From NCBI GenBank assembly GCA_016218585.1, contig JACRDK010000030.1, positions 24,277 to 88,276 on the forward strand: a stretch of DNA of 64,000 bases, in the 5' to 3' direction. Source of the stretch: Candidatus Doudnabacteria bacterium. Lineage in GTDB: Bacteria; Patescibacteriota; Doudnabacteria; UBA920. The position numbers were made by a program, and so were the translations under genes. The notes beneath the pieces are model-generated. The model worked only from the letters and a program-made list of their open reading frames with translations, did not search any database and had not been told where the DNA came from. This document shows positions 7,671 to 16,737 of this stretch, in pieces (the first letter of the stretch is position 1; the number at the start of each line of letters is the position of its first letter).

Positions 7671-8846
7671 ATGGACAACACATACTTGCAGGAGCTAATA
7701 AACGAAACCAAACTTCGGGGCGGCGGGTTATTGCTTAATTATGAAGATAAGCCGGCTGTGGTTGTTTTAACCGTGGATAAATATAACAGCTTGCTAGAGG
7801 GCCAAGAGTTAGGAATTAAGAATCAAGCGGTTGAAATTCAAACAAGCCCCAAGGCAGAACTAGCCAGTACCCAATCTGTAAAAAAAGTTTTGGTTACCGG
7901 GGGAGCCGGATATATTGGCGGGCATTTGGTTCGGGAGTTAATTAAGCAGAATTATGAAGTGGTGGTTTTAGACAATCTTTCCACCGGCCGCAGGGAGAAT
8001 ATTGATCCGAAGGCAATTTTTGTGGAAGGAGATTTAGCCGATGTAAATTTGCTCCGCGATATTTTTGCCAATAACAACATATCCGCGGTTTTTCATATGG
8101 CCGCCAGCCTGGAAGTGGAAGAGTCTGTTAGGGAACCGGAAAAATATTTTAAAAATAATACCCAAAACACTATCGGACTTTTAGAAGTTATGAAAGAGTT
8201 GGGGATTAACAAAATAATTTTTTCCTCAACCGCCGCGGTTTATGGCGAAAATGCCAAAGTTCCGATTAACGAAAACTCCCCGCTGCATCCCAATAATCCG
8301 TACGGCTCCAGCAAGCTGCTCACCGAAAGGAATATTAAATATTTTTGCGAGTACCTTGGTTTTAAGGCCGTAATTTTCCGCTATTTTAACGCCTGCGGTT
8401 TTGACGAAGAAGCCAATATTTTGCCGACCCACCAGTCTCACTTAATTTACAAAGTTATGCAGGTTGCCAAAGGAGCCGAACCGATTTTAAAAATTTTTGG
8501 CAACGACTACGAAACATTTGACGGTACCTGCATTCGCGATTATGTCCATGTGCTGGATATTGTCTTGCCGCATATTTTGGCTTTGGAAAAGTTAAATGGA
8601 GATTTGAAATTTGAAATTATAAACATTGGCACCGGCACAGGCTTAAGCGTTGCCCAAATTGTCAACGGAGCTTCAGAAATCATCGGCCGCATTATTCCCA
8701 TGGAAACCGCGCCGCGCCGCGCCGGGGACGCGCCGGCAACGGTTGCCGACAACTCCAAACTGGTTAACTTGCTGGGCTATGAGCCTAAATTTAGCAGCCT
8801 AAATAACATACTTACCAGCAGCTGGGAAGTTCTGAAAAAAGATTAA
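7671..8846 (+). CDS. galE: UDP-glucose 4-epimerase / NAD-dependent epimerase-dehydratase with a roughly 70-aa N-terminal extension resembling a Phd/YefM antitoxin fold
   Basis: Rossmann motif VLVTGGAGYIGGHLV, catalytic YGSSKLLTE (YxxxK), C-terminal epimerase domain. N-terminal KPAVVVLTVDKYNSLLEGQEL resembles YefM [20 protein letters not shown]. No in-frame stop or alternative start between extension and epimerase core. Confidence 0.85.
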   Translation: MDNTYLQELINETKLRGGGLLLNYEDKPAVVVLTVDKYNSLLEGQELGIKNQAVEIQTSPKAELASTQSVKKVLVTGGAGYIGGHLVRELIKQNYEVVVLDNLSTGRRENIDPKAIFVEGDLADVNLLRDIFANNNISAVFHMAASLEVEESVREPEKYFKNNTQNTIGLLEVMKELGINKIIFSSTAAVYGENAKVPINENSPLHPNNPYGSSKLLTERNIKYFCEYLGFKAVIFRYFNACGFDEEANILPTHQSHLIYKVMQVAKGAEPILKIFGNDYETFDGTCIRDYVHVLDIVLPHILALEKLNGDLKFEIINIGTGTGLSVAQIVNGASEIIGRIIPMETAPRRAGDAPATVADNSKLVNLLGYEPKFSSLNNILTSSWEVLKKD

Positions 8847-8856
8847 ATTCAAATTA

Positions 8857-8897
8857 AACACCCTTCATAACTATGAGGGGTGTTTAATTTTTTGAAA
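8857..8897 (+). terminator. Rho-independent terminator after galE
   Basis: taaacaccc ttcataactatga ggggtgttta followed by attttttg. Confidence 0.75.
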
Positions 8898-9026
8898 CAA
8901 ATTCACAAGGAAATCGTCATAATAGGAGCAGAGGTTTTTTCTATGTTATAATATATGCAAGGATTTCCTAAAATTTTGGGTAGCTTTGCCCGGGGTTTTA
9001 AGGGCTAGAATAATAAATATAACAAA

Positions 9027-9749
9027 ATGAAAAAACTTTCGGTTATTATACCGGCGTATAATGAAGAACATCGCATAGGCTCCACTTTGGGAGCAATTCA
9101 TAATTATCTTTCCAAGCAAAATTATGAATATGAAATTATCGTTGTTATTGATGGAGCCAAGGACAAGACCGCGGAAGTAGTTTCGGGCATGCAGAGCCAG
9201 ATAAAAAATTTAACGGTTTTAAATAACAAACAAAACCACGGCAAGGGCTGGGTGGTGCGCCAGGGGATGCTTCAGGCTGTTGGCGAGTATAGACTGTTTA
9301 CGGACGCCGACAATTCCACTTCCATTGAGCAAGTAGAAAAGTTTTTTCCGTTTATGAGCCAGGGTTATGATATTGTAATCGGTTCCATAGAAGTTGAGGG
9401 CGCGCAAATAAATGAACACGCCCAGTGGTATAGAAGGTTTTTAGGCCATTGGTCAAAGTTGTTAATTCGCGTGGTTGCCGGAGTCTGGCAAATTCACGAC
9501 ACCCAGCGCGGCTTTAAATTATTTACCGCTAAAGCTGCGGAAAGAATTTTTTTCCAGGCTAAGATTGACCGTTTTGGTTTTGACATAGAAATTCTGGCCG
9601 CTGCCGTAAAGTGCGGCTATAAAATTAAGGAAGTTCCGGTAGTGTGGAATAACGCCGGGGAATCGACAGTTAGTTTAAAAAGTTACCTTGAAGTTTTTAA
9701 AGATTTGCTTCGCGTAAGATGGTACTTATGGACCGGCAAGTATAAATAA
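9027..9749 (+). CDS. Family 2 glycosyltransferase (dolichyl/polyprenyl-phosphate sugar transferase-like)
   Basis: LSVIIPAYNEEHRI at N-terminus, DxD-type motif FTDADNS, typical GT2 (DPM1-like) architecture of about 240 aa. Confidence 0.85.
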   Translation: MKKLSVIIPAYNEEHRIGSTLGAIHNYLSKQNYEYEIIVVIDGAKDKTAEVVSGMQSQIKNLTVLNNKQNHGKGWVVRQGMLQAVGEYRLFTDADNSTSIEQVEKFFPFMSQGYDIVIGSIEVEGAQINEHAQWYRRFLGHWSKLLIRVVAGVWQIHDTQRGFKLFTAKAAERIFFQAKIDRFGFDIEILAAAVKCGYKIKEVPVVWNNAGESTVSLKSYLEVFKDLLRVRWYLWTGKYK

Positions 9750-9753
9750 TTTT

Positions 9754-11640
9754 ATGAAGTTTTTTAGCACACAGCACCAGCATAGTTTCCTTTCAAATTT
9801 GTTAGAAAGTGCGGCAAAGATTTTAAGCTTTGCCGCAGTTTTTGCGTTTATTGCCTCGCCGATTTTTCCCGTAAACTACGCGCTGGCGCAAAAATCCGAA
9901 ACCACTTATATGGTCAAATTAAAAACAGGATTCGGCGAAAACTTGTTAAGCAAAGTCGGCTCAAACATTCGCCACCGTTTTGTTTCCGCCGAGTCGCCGG
10001 TTTTTTATAATATTTATAGTTTTAGTTCCGGTTATTCAGCGGCAGTTTTAACGGACTATTTAAAAAATAAAGCGGAATATTTGGAAGAGCAAAAACCTTT
10101 AGCAGCTTCTTCCGTTTATGTGAACGATCCCGGGTTTTCCACCGATCCGTTAAATATTGATAAACAATGGGCTTTAATAAAGGCGGGTTTTGATAAAGCC
10201 TGGGAAAAAACCACCGGAAGCAAAAGCAATGTTGTGGCGGTAATAGATACAGGAGTAGACGAAACCCACCAGGACTTATCGGCAATTAATTTTGTAAAAG
10301 GTTTTAATTTTATTTCCAACCAGGAAATTGCCACAAGCACCAATTCGGACGACAACGGCCACGGAACATTAGTTACCGGCGTTCTTGGCGCCACCGCAAA
10401 CAACGGTTTGGGAATAATTGGAACCAACTGGCAGATTTCCGTTATGCCTCTTAAAGCGCTTGACGCAAACGGCAAAGGCGAAGCGGCGGATGTGGCCGAA
10501 GCTATTGTTTGGGCCACTGACCACGGCGCGCAGTTTTTAAATATGAGCATTGGCGGCATTGGCTTTGGCCATGACACTACTTTGGCTAACGCCGTTACTT
10601 ACGCCTTTAATAAAAATGTTTTACTGGTGGCGGCCGCCGGAAATGACGTGGCGGCAACAGGCAGCAATTTGGACCAAAGCCCGGTGTTCCCAATTTGCGA
10701 TGATAATAATTTTAATATGGTAATTGGCGTTTCCGCCAGCGATCAAAATGATTTAAAGCCGGACTTTTCCAACTACGGCAGAAATTGCATAGATGTAACA
10801 GCCCCCGGAAAAAGAATTTTGTCCACAATAAATTATGACCCGCTTACAAAAAAAGCATCGCCTAGTTCTTATGCCTATGCTTCCGGAACCTCTTTGGCAG
10901 TGCCTTTTGTGGTCGGCCAAGCCGCTCTAATAAAGGCGCTGTATCCGTTTGCTACTAATATTCAAATACGCGACCGAATAATTACCACTGCAGACCCAAT
11001 TGATAATTTAAATCTTACTCAGTGCGCCGGCGGCCCTTGCCGCGGCCTTTTGGGAACCGGAAGAATTAATGTTTTAAATAGTTTGCAGACCGCGATAGCC
11101 CAGGGGTATGCGGAAGGCGACTTGGTAAAGGAAGAAAGCACCGGGGCAATGTATCAAATAATTGGCGGGCAAAAAAGATTAATTTCCCCATTTGTTTACA
11201 ACCAGCGTTTCAGCGGTTCTAAATTAAAAACTCTTAGCGCCGGGGAATTGGCCTCTTTGCCGGACGGAAGCTATGTTACGCCAAACGACGGCACTCTGGT
11301 AAAGCTGGACTCCGACCCCACGGTATATGTTATTGCCAACGGACAAAAACAGCCCGTGTCGTATCAGGTTTTTTTGCAAAGAAAAATGAATTTTGCCAGC
11401 GTAAACACTTTAAGCTTTTCGGAAGTTAATTCCTGGATTACCGGAAGCTTTTATCCGCCGGAAGAGGGAACCTTGATAAAATCAGATAAAGATAAAACCG
11501 TTTATTGGGTTGTTGGCCAAACCTTGCACCCGATTAACTATGGATTTTTTATGGAGCGGGGTTTGAATGTTTTTCCAATCTTGGTAGTTTCTGAAAAAGA
11601 TATTGTCAGTTTTGCAAAAGGGGAGAGTTATATAAGATAG
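9754..11640 (+). CDS. Secreted subtilisin-like serine protease (peptidase S8) with N-terminal propeptide and three C-terminal roughly 58-aa repeats
   Basis: Catalytic triad motifs VIDTGVDETHQDL (Asp), HGTLVTGVLGA (His), GTSLAVPFVVGQAAL (Ser). Signal peptide. C-terminal repeats GTLVKLDSDPTVYVIANGQKQPVSYQVF... repeated three times. Confidence 0.9.
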   Translation: MKFFSTQHQHSFLSNLLESAAKILSFAAVFAFIASPIFPVNYALAQKSETTYMVKLKTGFGENLLSKVGSNIRHRFVSAESPVFYNIYSFSSGYSAAVLTDYLKNKAEYLEEQKPLAASSVYVNDPGFSTDPLNIDKQWALIKAGFDKAWEKTTGSKSNVVAVIDTGVDETHQDLSAINFVKGFNFISNQEIATSTNSDDNGHGTLVTGVLGATANNGLGIIGTNWQISVMPLKALDANGKGEAADVAEAIVWATDHGAQFLNMSIGGIGFGHDTTLANAVTYAFNKNVLLVAAAGNDVAATGSNLDQSPVFPICDDNNFNMVIGVSASDQNDLKPDFSNYGRNCIDVTAPGKRILSTINYDPLTKKASPSSYAYASGTSLAVPFVVGQAALIKALYPFATNIQIRDRIITTADPIDNLNLTQCAGGPCRGLLGTGRINVLNSLQTAIAQGYAEGDLVKEESTGAMYQIIGGQKRLISPFVYNQRFSGSKLKTLSAGELASLPDGSYVTPNDGTLVKLDSDPTVYVIANGQKQPVSYQVFLQRKMNFASVNTLSFSEVNSWITGSFYPPEEGTLIKSDKDKTVYWVVGQTLHPINYGFFMERGLNVFPILVVSEKDIVSFAKGESYIR

Positions 11641-11712
11641 GGGAAATATTTAGCATATAGCATATAGTATTTAGAATATAGGAGAGAGAATTTAGAATTA
11701 AGAGAGGAGTTT

Positions 11713-13566
11713 ATGAAAAAACAAAAGTACATAAAAATTATTTCCGGACTATTTTTGGTCGTCTTTCCATTTTTGGCAATTGCCCAATCGCCGGACCCAA
11801 ATTTTAATCCAAGCAAGCTTATTGAAGACAAAACTTTTTCCGACACCAAGACTTTTGGCGGCGCTGATGGCATACAAAAATTTTTGGTTGCCAAAAATTC
11901 CGTTCTGGCCAATACCAGCCCGGATTTTTTAGCTAAGCTTAAAGAGCCGCAATCGGTTATGTTAAAAGAAGGTTTGGGAGACCCGCAGCCAAACTTAGGC
12001 CGTTTGCGCACCGCGGCAGAATTAATTTGGGACGCTTCCATTCAGAGCGGCCTTAACCCGCAAGTTATTTTGGTTACCTTAAACAAAGAGCAGGGGTTAA
12101 TAACTTCGGCTAACGATTACGACGCGGCGCGCCTGCAAAAAGCTTTAGATCACGCTATGGGTTTTGATTGTCCGGACTCCAGCGGTTGCGGCAATCTTTT
12201 CCCGGGTTTTTATTTTCAGATTTTTGGCAACTACGATTCGGAAAATAACCGCTATTTAGGCGCGGCAAAATCGTTAATGAAATCTTTTACCACTGTTGGC
12301 GGAAGAGGCCCGGTAGTGGAAGGCGCGGCCGCAAAAGTTGGCCAGGCGATTACTTTAGACAACACTATGGGCGGGTATGAAAATATTATGCCGCAGCAAA
12401 CTTTTATTATTTCCAACAATGCCACGGCCGCGTTGTATCGTTATACCCCGCACGTCTTTAACGGCAACTATAATTTTTGGAAATTTTTTCAAGGCTGGTT
12501 TAAGTATCCAAACGGCACTCTGTTAAAACTTGCCGGCGGCGCGGATTTATACATTATTGAAAATGGCGTTAAGCAGTTGGTGCCGCAATTTGTGGCCCAG
12601 GCCAGGGCGCTAGATGTAAATTCTACCATTACGGTATCGCCAACGGAGTATGACAGCTACACCACAGACAAGCCTTTGGGACCGGTTGATAATACCGTTG
12701 TTCAGGACGCCAGCGGAACAAAGTATGTTTTTATTAGCAACGTCAGGCACCAGGCCTCGGATTTAGTTATTAAACAAAGAGGCTTGGATCCGGCAAAAAC
12801 TTTGAGCATAACCCCGACGGAAGCGGCAATTTTTGACGCCGGTTCGGTCTTGCCGCCTAAAGATGGAACGGTTATTCGCGGCGTTGCAGACCAAAGCGTT
12901 TACTTAGTTGCTAACGGACAAATTAAAATGTTTAGCGCATACACCTTTGCGCAAAATAAAATTAAAGCCAAAGATATTTACACAGTGCCCGACGCGGAAA
13001 TTGCCACCTATAGTAAAAATGGTTTTGTAGCTCCGCTTGACGGCAGCTTGGTAAAGACCGCCTCAAATGGTACGGTTTACTTGGTGGAAAATTCCTTAAA
13101 GCGCCCAATTTTGGCAGACATATTTAAAATTAGAGGGTTTAGCTTTAAAAACGTGAGTGCTATTTCGGAAGATGAAATGAGTTCTTTGCCGATTGGCGCT
13201 TATGCCACGCCGAAGGACAGAACGTTCTTTGCGGTTGATTCCAAAACCGGCCCCTTATATATGTTTAAAGAAGGAACTAAACACAGCATCTCCAGTTTTG
13301 TGGCCAAGCAGCGCGGCATAACTCCGGATTATGTTTTCAGCAACAGCGTGGCAATAGAATGGTATGACGGCATTCCTGTTCCGCCGGCTAACAACACAAT
13401 TATAAAAGGCGATTCCGACCAGACTGTATTCTTGGTTGTTAATGGACAATTAAGGCCGCTCACTTATCAGGCCTTTAAGAATCGCAAAATTACCGCAAAG
13501 AAAATTGTAACTTTGCCTCAAATCGAAGTTGACGCTTACGCCAAAGGCGATACTTTGACCAAGTAG
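11713..13566 (+). CDS. Secreted protein with unknown N-terminal domain and six copies of the same roughly 58-aa repeat found in the upstream S8 protease
   Basis: Signal peptide IISGLFLVVFPFLAIAQS. Repeats begin GTLLKLAGGADLYIIENG, NTVVQDASGTKYVFISN, GTVIRGVADQSVYLVANG, GSLVKTASNGTVYLVENS, RTFFAVDSKTGPLYMFKEG, NTIIKGDSDQTVFLVVNG, each ending in a ...P/PP boundary. Confidence 0.75.
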   Translation: MKKQKYIKIISGLFLVVFPFLAIAQSPDPNFNPSKLIEDKTFSDTKTFGGADGIQKFLVAKNSVLANTSPDFLAKLKEPQSVMLKEGLGDPQPNLGRLRTAAELIWDASIQSGLNPQVILVTLNKEQGLITSANDYDAARLQKALDHAMGFDCPDSSGCGNLFPGFYFQIFGNYDSENNRYLGAAKSLMKSFTTVGGRGPVVEGAAAKVGQAITLDNTMGGYENIMPQQTFIISNNATAALYRYTPHVFNGNYNFWKFFQGWFKYPNGTLLKLAGGADLYIIENGVKQLVPQFVAQARALDVNSTITVSPTEYDSYTTDKPLGPVDNTVVQDASGTKYVFISNVRHQASDLVIKQRGLDPAKTLSITPTEAAIFDAGSVLPPKDGTVIRGVADQSVYLVANGQIKMFSAYTFAQNKIKAKDIYTVPDAEIATYSKNGFVAPLDGSLVKTASNGTVYLVENSLKRPILADIFKIRGFSFKNVSAISEDEMSSLPIGAYATPKDRTFFAVDSKTGPLYMFKEGTKHSISSFVAKQRGITPDYVFSNSVAIEWYDGIPVPPANNTIIKGDSDQTVFLVVNGQLRPLTYQAFKNRKITAKKIVTLPQIEVDAYAKGDTLTK

Positions 13567-13590
13567 ATTAACAAGAGTTGTGAATAAATA

Positions 13591-13624
13591 ACCCCCCCAA
13601 GACAAGTATGTCTTGGGGGGTTTG
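13591..13624 (+). terminator. Rho-independent terminator (12-bp stem) after the repeat-protein gene
   Basis: acccccccaagaca agta tgtcttggggggtttg. Confidence 0.8.
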
Positions 13625-13694
13625 CTTTGACTTTATTGAGGTTTTATAATAAGATTTTGCTACGTTTAGATTTTCAAAAAGGAGGTGTAATCGA

Positions 13695-14282
13695 ATGATT
13701 GCACTGATTAGTGTTACTGACAAAACCGGCATTCAGGAATTTGCCGCCACCCTTTCAGCATTGGGATTCGATCTGGTTTCTACCGGCGGGACAGCAGACA
13801 CTCTTCGCCTCGCCGGGCTTAAAGTAAAAGATGTTTCGGAGCTGACGGGCGTGCCCGCAATGATGGGCGGCAGAGTGAAGACCTTGGATTACCACATTCA
13901 CGCCGGAATCTTGGCGGATCGGGACAATCCGGAGCACATGGCCGATGCCGCAAAGTATGGCATCGAGATGATTGACCTGGTTGTGGTTAACCTCTATGAT
14001 TTTTTGGGTACAGCGGAAGATCCGGATGTTTCTTTGCCGGAACTTACCGAAAGCATCGACATTGGCGGACACACTCTGGTCCGTGCCGCGGCTAAGAACT
14101 GGAAGCATGTCGGTGTGGTGGTTAACCTGCAGGACTACGACCGGATTTCTGAAGAGCTGGTGCAGCGGGGTGGCTGGTTGAGCAGCGGCACCAAGTTAAG
14201 TTTGGCCATTGAGGCCCTCGATGCCGTCGCTTGTTATGACAGGTCTATTCCAGACGTTCTCAGGGACCGTGCCGGCTACTAG
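13695..14282 (+). CDS. purH: Stand-alone IMP cyclohydrolase / MGS-like domain corresponding to the N-terminal half of PurH (AICAR transformylase domain absent); GC-rich, with degenerate conserved motifs, so a possible decaying horizontally acquired fragment
   Basis: ALISVTDKTGIQEFAATLSALGFDLVSTGGTADTL, GRVKTLDYHIHAGILADRDNPEH, VVVNLYDF, IDIGGHTLVRAAAKNWKHVGVVVNLQDY align to the PurH IMPCH domain (actinobacterial-type HAGLLAD). The conserved KTLHP and NLYPF motifs are altered to KTLDY and NLYDF. About 55% GC against about 40% in neighbours. Own promoter-like TTGACT/TATAAT and a strong SD aaggaggtg 7 nt before ATG. Confidence 0.8.
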   Translation: MIALISVTDKTGIQEFAATLSALGFDLVSTGGTADTLRLAGLKVKDVSELTGVPAMMGGRVKTLDYHIHAGILADRDNPEHMADAAKYGIEMIDLVVVNLYDFLGTAEDPDVSLPELTESIDIGGHTLVRAAAKNWKHVGVVVNLQDYDRISEELVQRGGWLSSGTKLSLAIEALDAVACYDRSIPDVLRDRAGY

Positions 14283-14305
14283 CAAATCACAGCAGTCTAT
14301 CTAAC

Positions 14306-14345
14306 AAAGCGGTTCCCGGAAATAGTGTTCGGGAACCGCTTTTGC
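14306..14345 (+). terminator. Rho-independent terminator after the purH-fragment cassette
   Basis: aaagcggttcccg gaaatagtgtt cgggaaccgcttttgc. Confidence 0.8.
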
Positions 14346-14385
14346 TATGTATTAGATTCACTAAAGGTGTGGTAAAATAAATGGT

Positions 14386-15825
14386 ATGAGTACACATATT
14401 AGTAAAAATATTTTTTGGCTGACGGCTTCGCGCTTGTTGGCTTTGGTTTTTTTGTTTGTCGCGTACACGAGGCTATTTCGTTATTTAGGGCCTTACTTTT
14501 CCGGACAGTACCAGTTTGTTTTGTCTTATGTCTTAATTTTTGCGACCATTGTCGACTTTGGCATCCAGCAGTTTATTACAAAAAAAATTAGCGAGGAACC
14601 GCAAAATACAAAAAAATATTTTCAGGATTTCTTCAGCTTTGAAGTTTTGGCCGCGGCAGGGCTGTATATAATTTTGGTGTCTTTGGCTTACTTTAAGGCC
14701 TACGACAGGGAAGTCTTTTACGCAATTTGCGTTGCGGGTTTGGGACTGGTGGCAAATGCCTTAACTTATCCGTACTTAGCGGTAATGGCCGCATTTCAGG
14801 ATATGCGCAAAGTGGCTTTAATAAACTTTTTAAATTCTCTGGTCAATATTGCCGTAATTTTTTCCGCTATAATTTTTCATAAGCATATTGTTTTTTTGGC
14901 CAGCGTGCAGCTGGTTTTTGGCCTGTTAGACTTAATTTTATATAGATTTTTTGTTACTAAACACTTGCCTGAGCCGGAAGTGCTTAAAGCCGTATTTAGC
15001 TTTAACTTAAAACCTATTTGGGAAATTCTGCGGCAGGGCTGGCCATTTGCTTTATTGGTTGGCTTTAGTGCGATATATAACCGCATCGATGTTTTGTTAA
15101 TTACCTTTTTAAAAGGTTTTGAACAAACGGGTTATTATACCGCGGCTTACAAAATTTTTGATCTGTTGGGCTTTTTTCCTTCCGTTGTATCTTATACTTT
15201 ATTTCCTTTCTTTGCCGGCTTAATGTCTAAAAAAGCATTGGGCGAAGTTAAAATTAATTTAGAAAAATATTTAAAGTTAATGATTCTGGCAGCGCTGCCA
15301 ATGGCGGTGGGCGGCAGCGTGCTTTCGGCTAAGTTAATTGCCTTAGTTGCCGGTCCGGAATACGCGCCGGCGGCTTCTGTGTTGGCAATTTTAATTTGGG
15401 CTCCGGCGATTCTGTTTATTTACATTCCCGCTAATTCTTTGGTCATTTCCCAACTGACCAAAAAAGCTTTAATGGTAACAGGGGCTAATGTGGTAATAAA
15501 TACAATCGGCAATTTGCTGCTCTTGCCCCATTACGGAATAAAAGCGGCGGCTATTATGACTGTTGTTTCCGAAGCCTTGCAGGGGATATTTTATTTTTAT
15601 TTCATTAGAAAAAATATTACACACTTCAGCTTTAAAGGTTTGTGGGCAAAACCATTGCTGGCCGCCGCGGTAATGGGAGCTTGTTTGTGGCCGCTAAGGC
15701 AATTGCCCCTGGTTTACACCATACCGGTCGGGGGAGCGGTTTATTTAATCATGTTATTGCTTACCGGATTTGTCGGCAAAGCCGATTTGGCCATGGCAAA
15801 AAATTTAGTTAAGCCGGCAAATTAA
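14386..15825 (+). CDS. Polysaccharide biosynthesis flippase (Wzx / MOP superfamily), multi-pass membrane protein
   Basis: 479 aa with about 12-14 predicted TM helices; N-terminal SRLLALVFLFVAYTRLFRYLGPYFSGQYQFV typical of the Polysacc_synt family. Confidence 0.8.
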   Translation: MSTHISKNIFWLTASRLLALVFLFVAYTRLFRYLGPYFSGQYQFVLSYVLIFATIVDFGIQQFITKKISEEPQNTKKYFQDFFSFEVLAAAGLYIILVSLAYFKAYDREVFYAICVAGLGLVANALTYPYLAVMAAFQDMRKVALINFLNSLVNIAVIFSAIIFHKHIVFLASVQLVFGLLDLILYRFFVTKHLPEPEVLKAVFSFNLKPIWEILRQGWPFALLVGFSAIYNRIDVLLITFLKGFEQTGYYTAAYKIFDLLGFFPSVVSYTLFPFFAGLMSKKALGEVKINLEKYLKLMILAALPMAVGGSVLSAKLIALVAGPEYAPAASVLAILIWAPAILFIYIPANSLVISQLTKKALMVTGANVVINTIGNLLLLPHYGIKAAAIMTVVSEALQGIFYFYFIRKNITHFSFKGLWAKPLLAAAVMGACLWPLRQLPLVYTIPVGGAVYLIMLLLTGFVGKADLAMAKNLVKPAN

Positions 15826-15830
15826 ACTCT

Positions 15831-16286
15831 ATGCAAAAGAAAAATAATTCACAAACTCGCATTCTGGTTTTTGGCACCTTTGACGTTATGCACCCGGGAC
15901 ATATAAATTTTTTTAAACAGGCCAGAAAGCTGGCAAAAAATCCTTACCTAATAGTTTCGGTAGCCAGAGACGCCAATGTAAAAAGAATAAAAGGGAAAAA
16001 GCCTTTTATGAAAGAAAGCCGAAGGCTGGAACATTTGAAAAAAAATAAATTAGTGGATTTGGCGGTATTGGGAGGCAAAAATCAGCACCTGCCACATATT
16101 GTTAAACTTAAGCCCGACTTAATTGCTTTGGGTTATGACCAGAAAGCTTATGTGGATAATTTGCGGGAGGATTTGCTTAAGCTTGGCTTAAAAGTAAGAA
16201 TTAGGCGTATGAAAGCCTACAAACCGAACTTTCATAAGAGCAGCTTGCTTAAATTGAGAAAGCCTAGTAATTATGTTATTCTTTAG
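15831..16286 (+). CDS. Cytidylyltransferase-like nucleotidyltransferase (HxGH-motif family; FAD synthetase / glycerol-3-P cytidylyltransferase-like)
   Basis: ILVFGTFDVMHPGHINFF carries the (H/T)xGH signature; small alpha/beta protein of about 150 aa; located inside a glycan-synthesis cluster. Confidence 0.7.
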   Translation: MQKKNNSQTRILVFGTFDVMHPGHINFFKQARKLAKNPYLIVSVARDANVKRIKGKKPFMKESRRLEHLKKNKLVDLAVLGGKNQHLPHIVKLKPDLIALGYDQKAYVDNLREDLLKLGLKVRIRRMKAYKPNFHKSSLLKLRKPSNYVIL

Positions 16287-16408
16287 ACAGGTGAATTAAA
16301 ATAGACAATATGCCCAGTCTGAAGTGCTGTGGCTAAATATAATAAGTCTTAATTAAAAACAAATAATATAGGAGCATCCCAGTTTTTTTCGGGGATGATG
16401 TACTGCGT

Positions 16409-16648
16409 ATGGACAATATAAAAAATGGCGAAAAAGCCAAATGGAGCAAAAGTTTTTGGCCATTGGCAATAATTGTTATTGTAAGCATGATAGCCGGCGG
16501 TGTAATTTACTCCTTTGCTTACCAAAGCATGCTAAATGACGATATTAGTTCCATGCAATTTTTAATCCATCGTGATCGCCAGGAAAAACCAACTACAACC
16601 CCCGCCGCCAAGTCTGATGTAATGACAGCAAAGAAACCTGCCAAATAA
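16409..16648 (+). CDS. Small hypothetical single-pass membrane protein
   Basis: 79-aa ORF with one TM segment (PLAIIVIVSMIAGGVIYSF); preceded by a hairpin (catccc...ggggatg) abutting the start codon. Confidence 0.4.
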   Translation: MDNIKNGEKAKWSKSFWPLAIIVIVSMIAGGVIYSFAYQSMLNDDISSMQFLIHRDRQEKPTTTPAAKSDVMTAKKPAK

Positions 16649-16656
16649 ACTACCTT

Positions 16657-16700
16657 ATCCGCCCCGCCCTTTACTTTAAAAGAGCGGGGCGGATTTAATT
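16657..16700 (+). terminator. Rho-independent terminator
   Basis: atccgccccgccc tttactttaaaag agcggggcggatttaatt. Confidence 0.8.
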
Positions 16701-16737
16701 TGGTTAACCGGCAAGTTTTAGATATAATATAAGTAGT

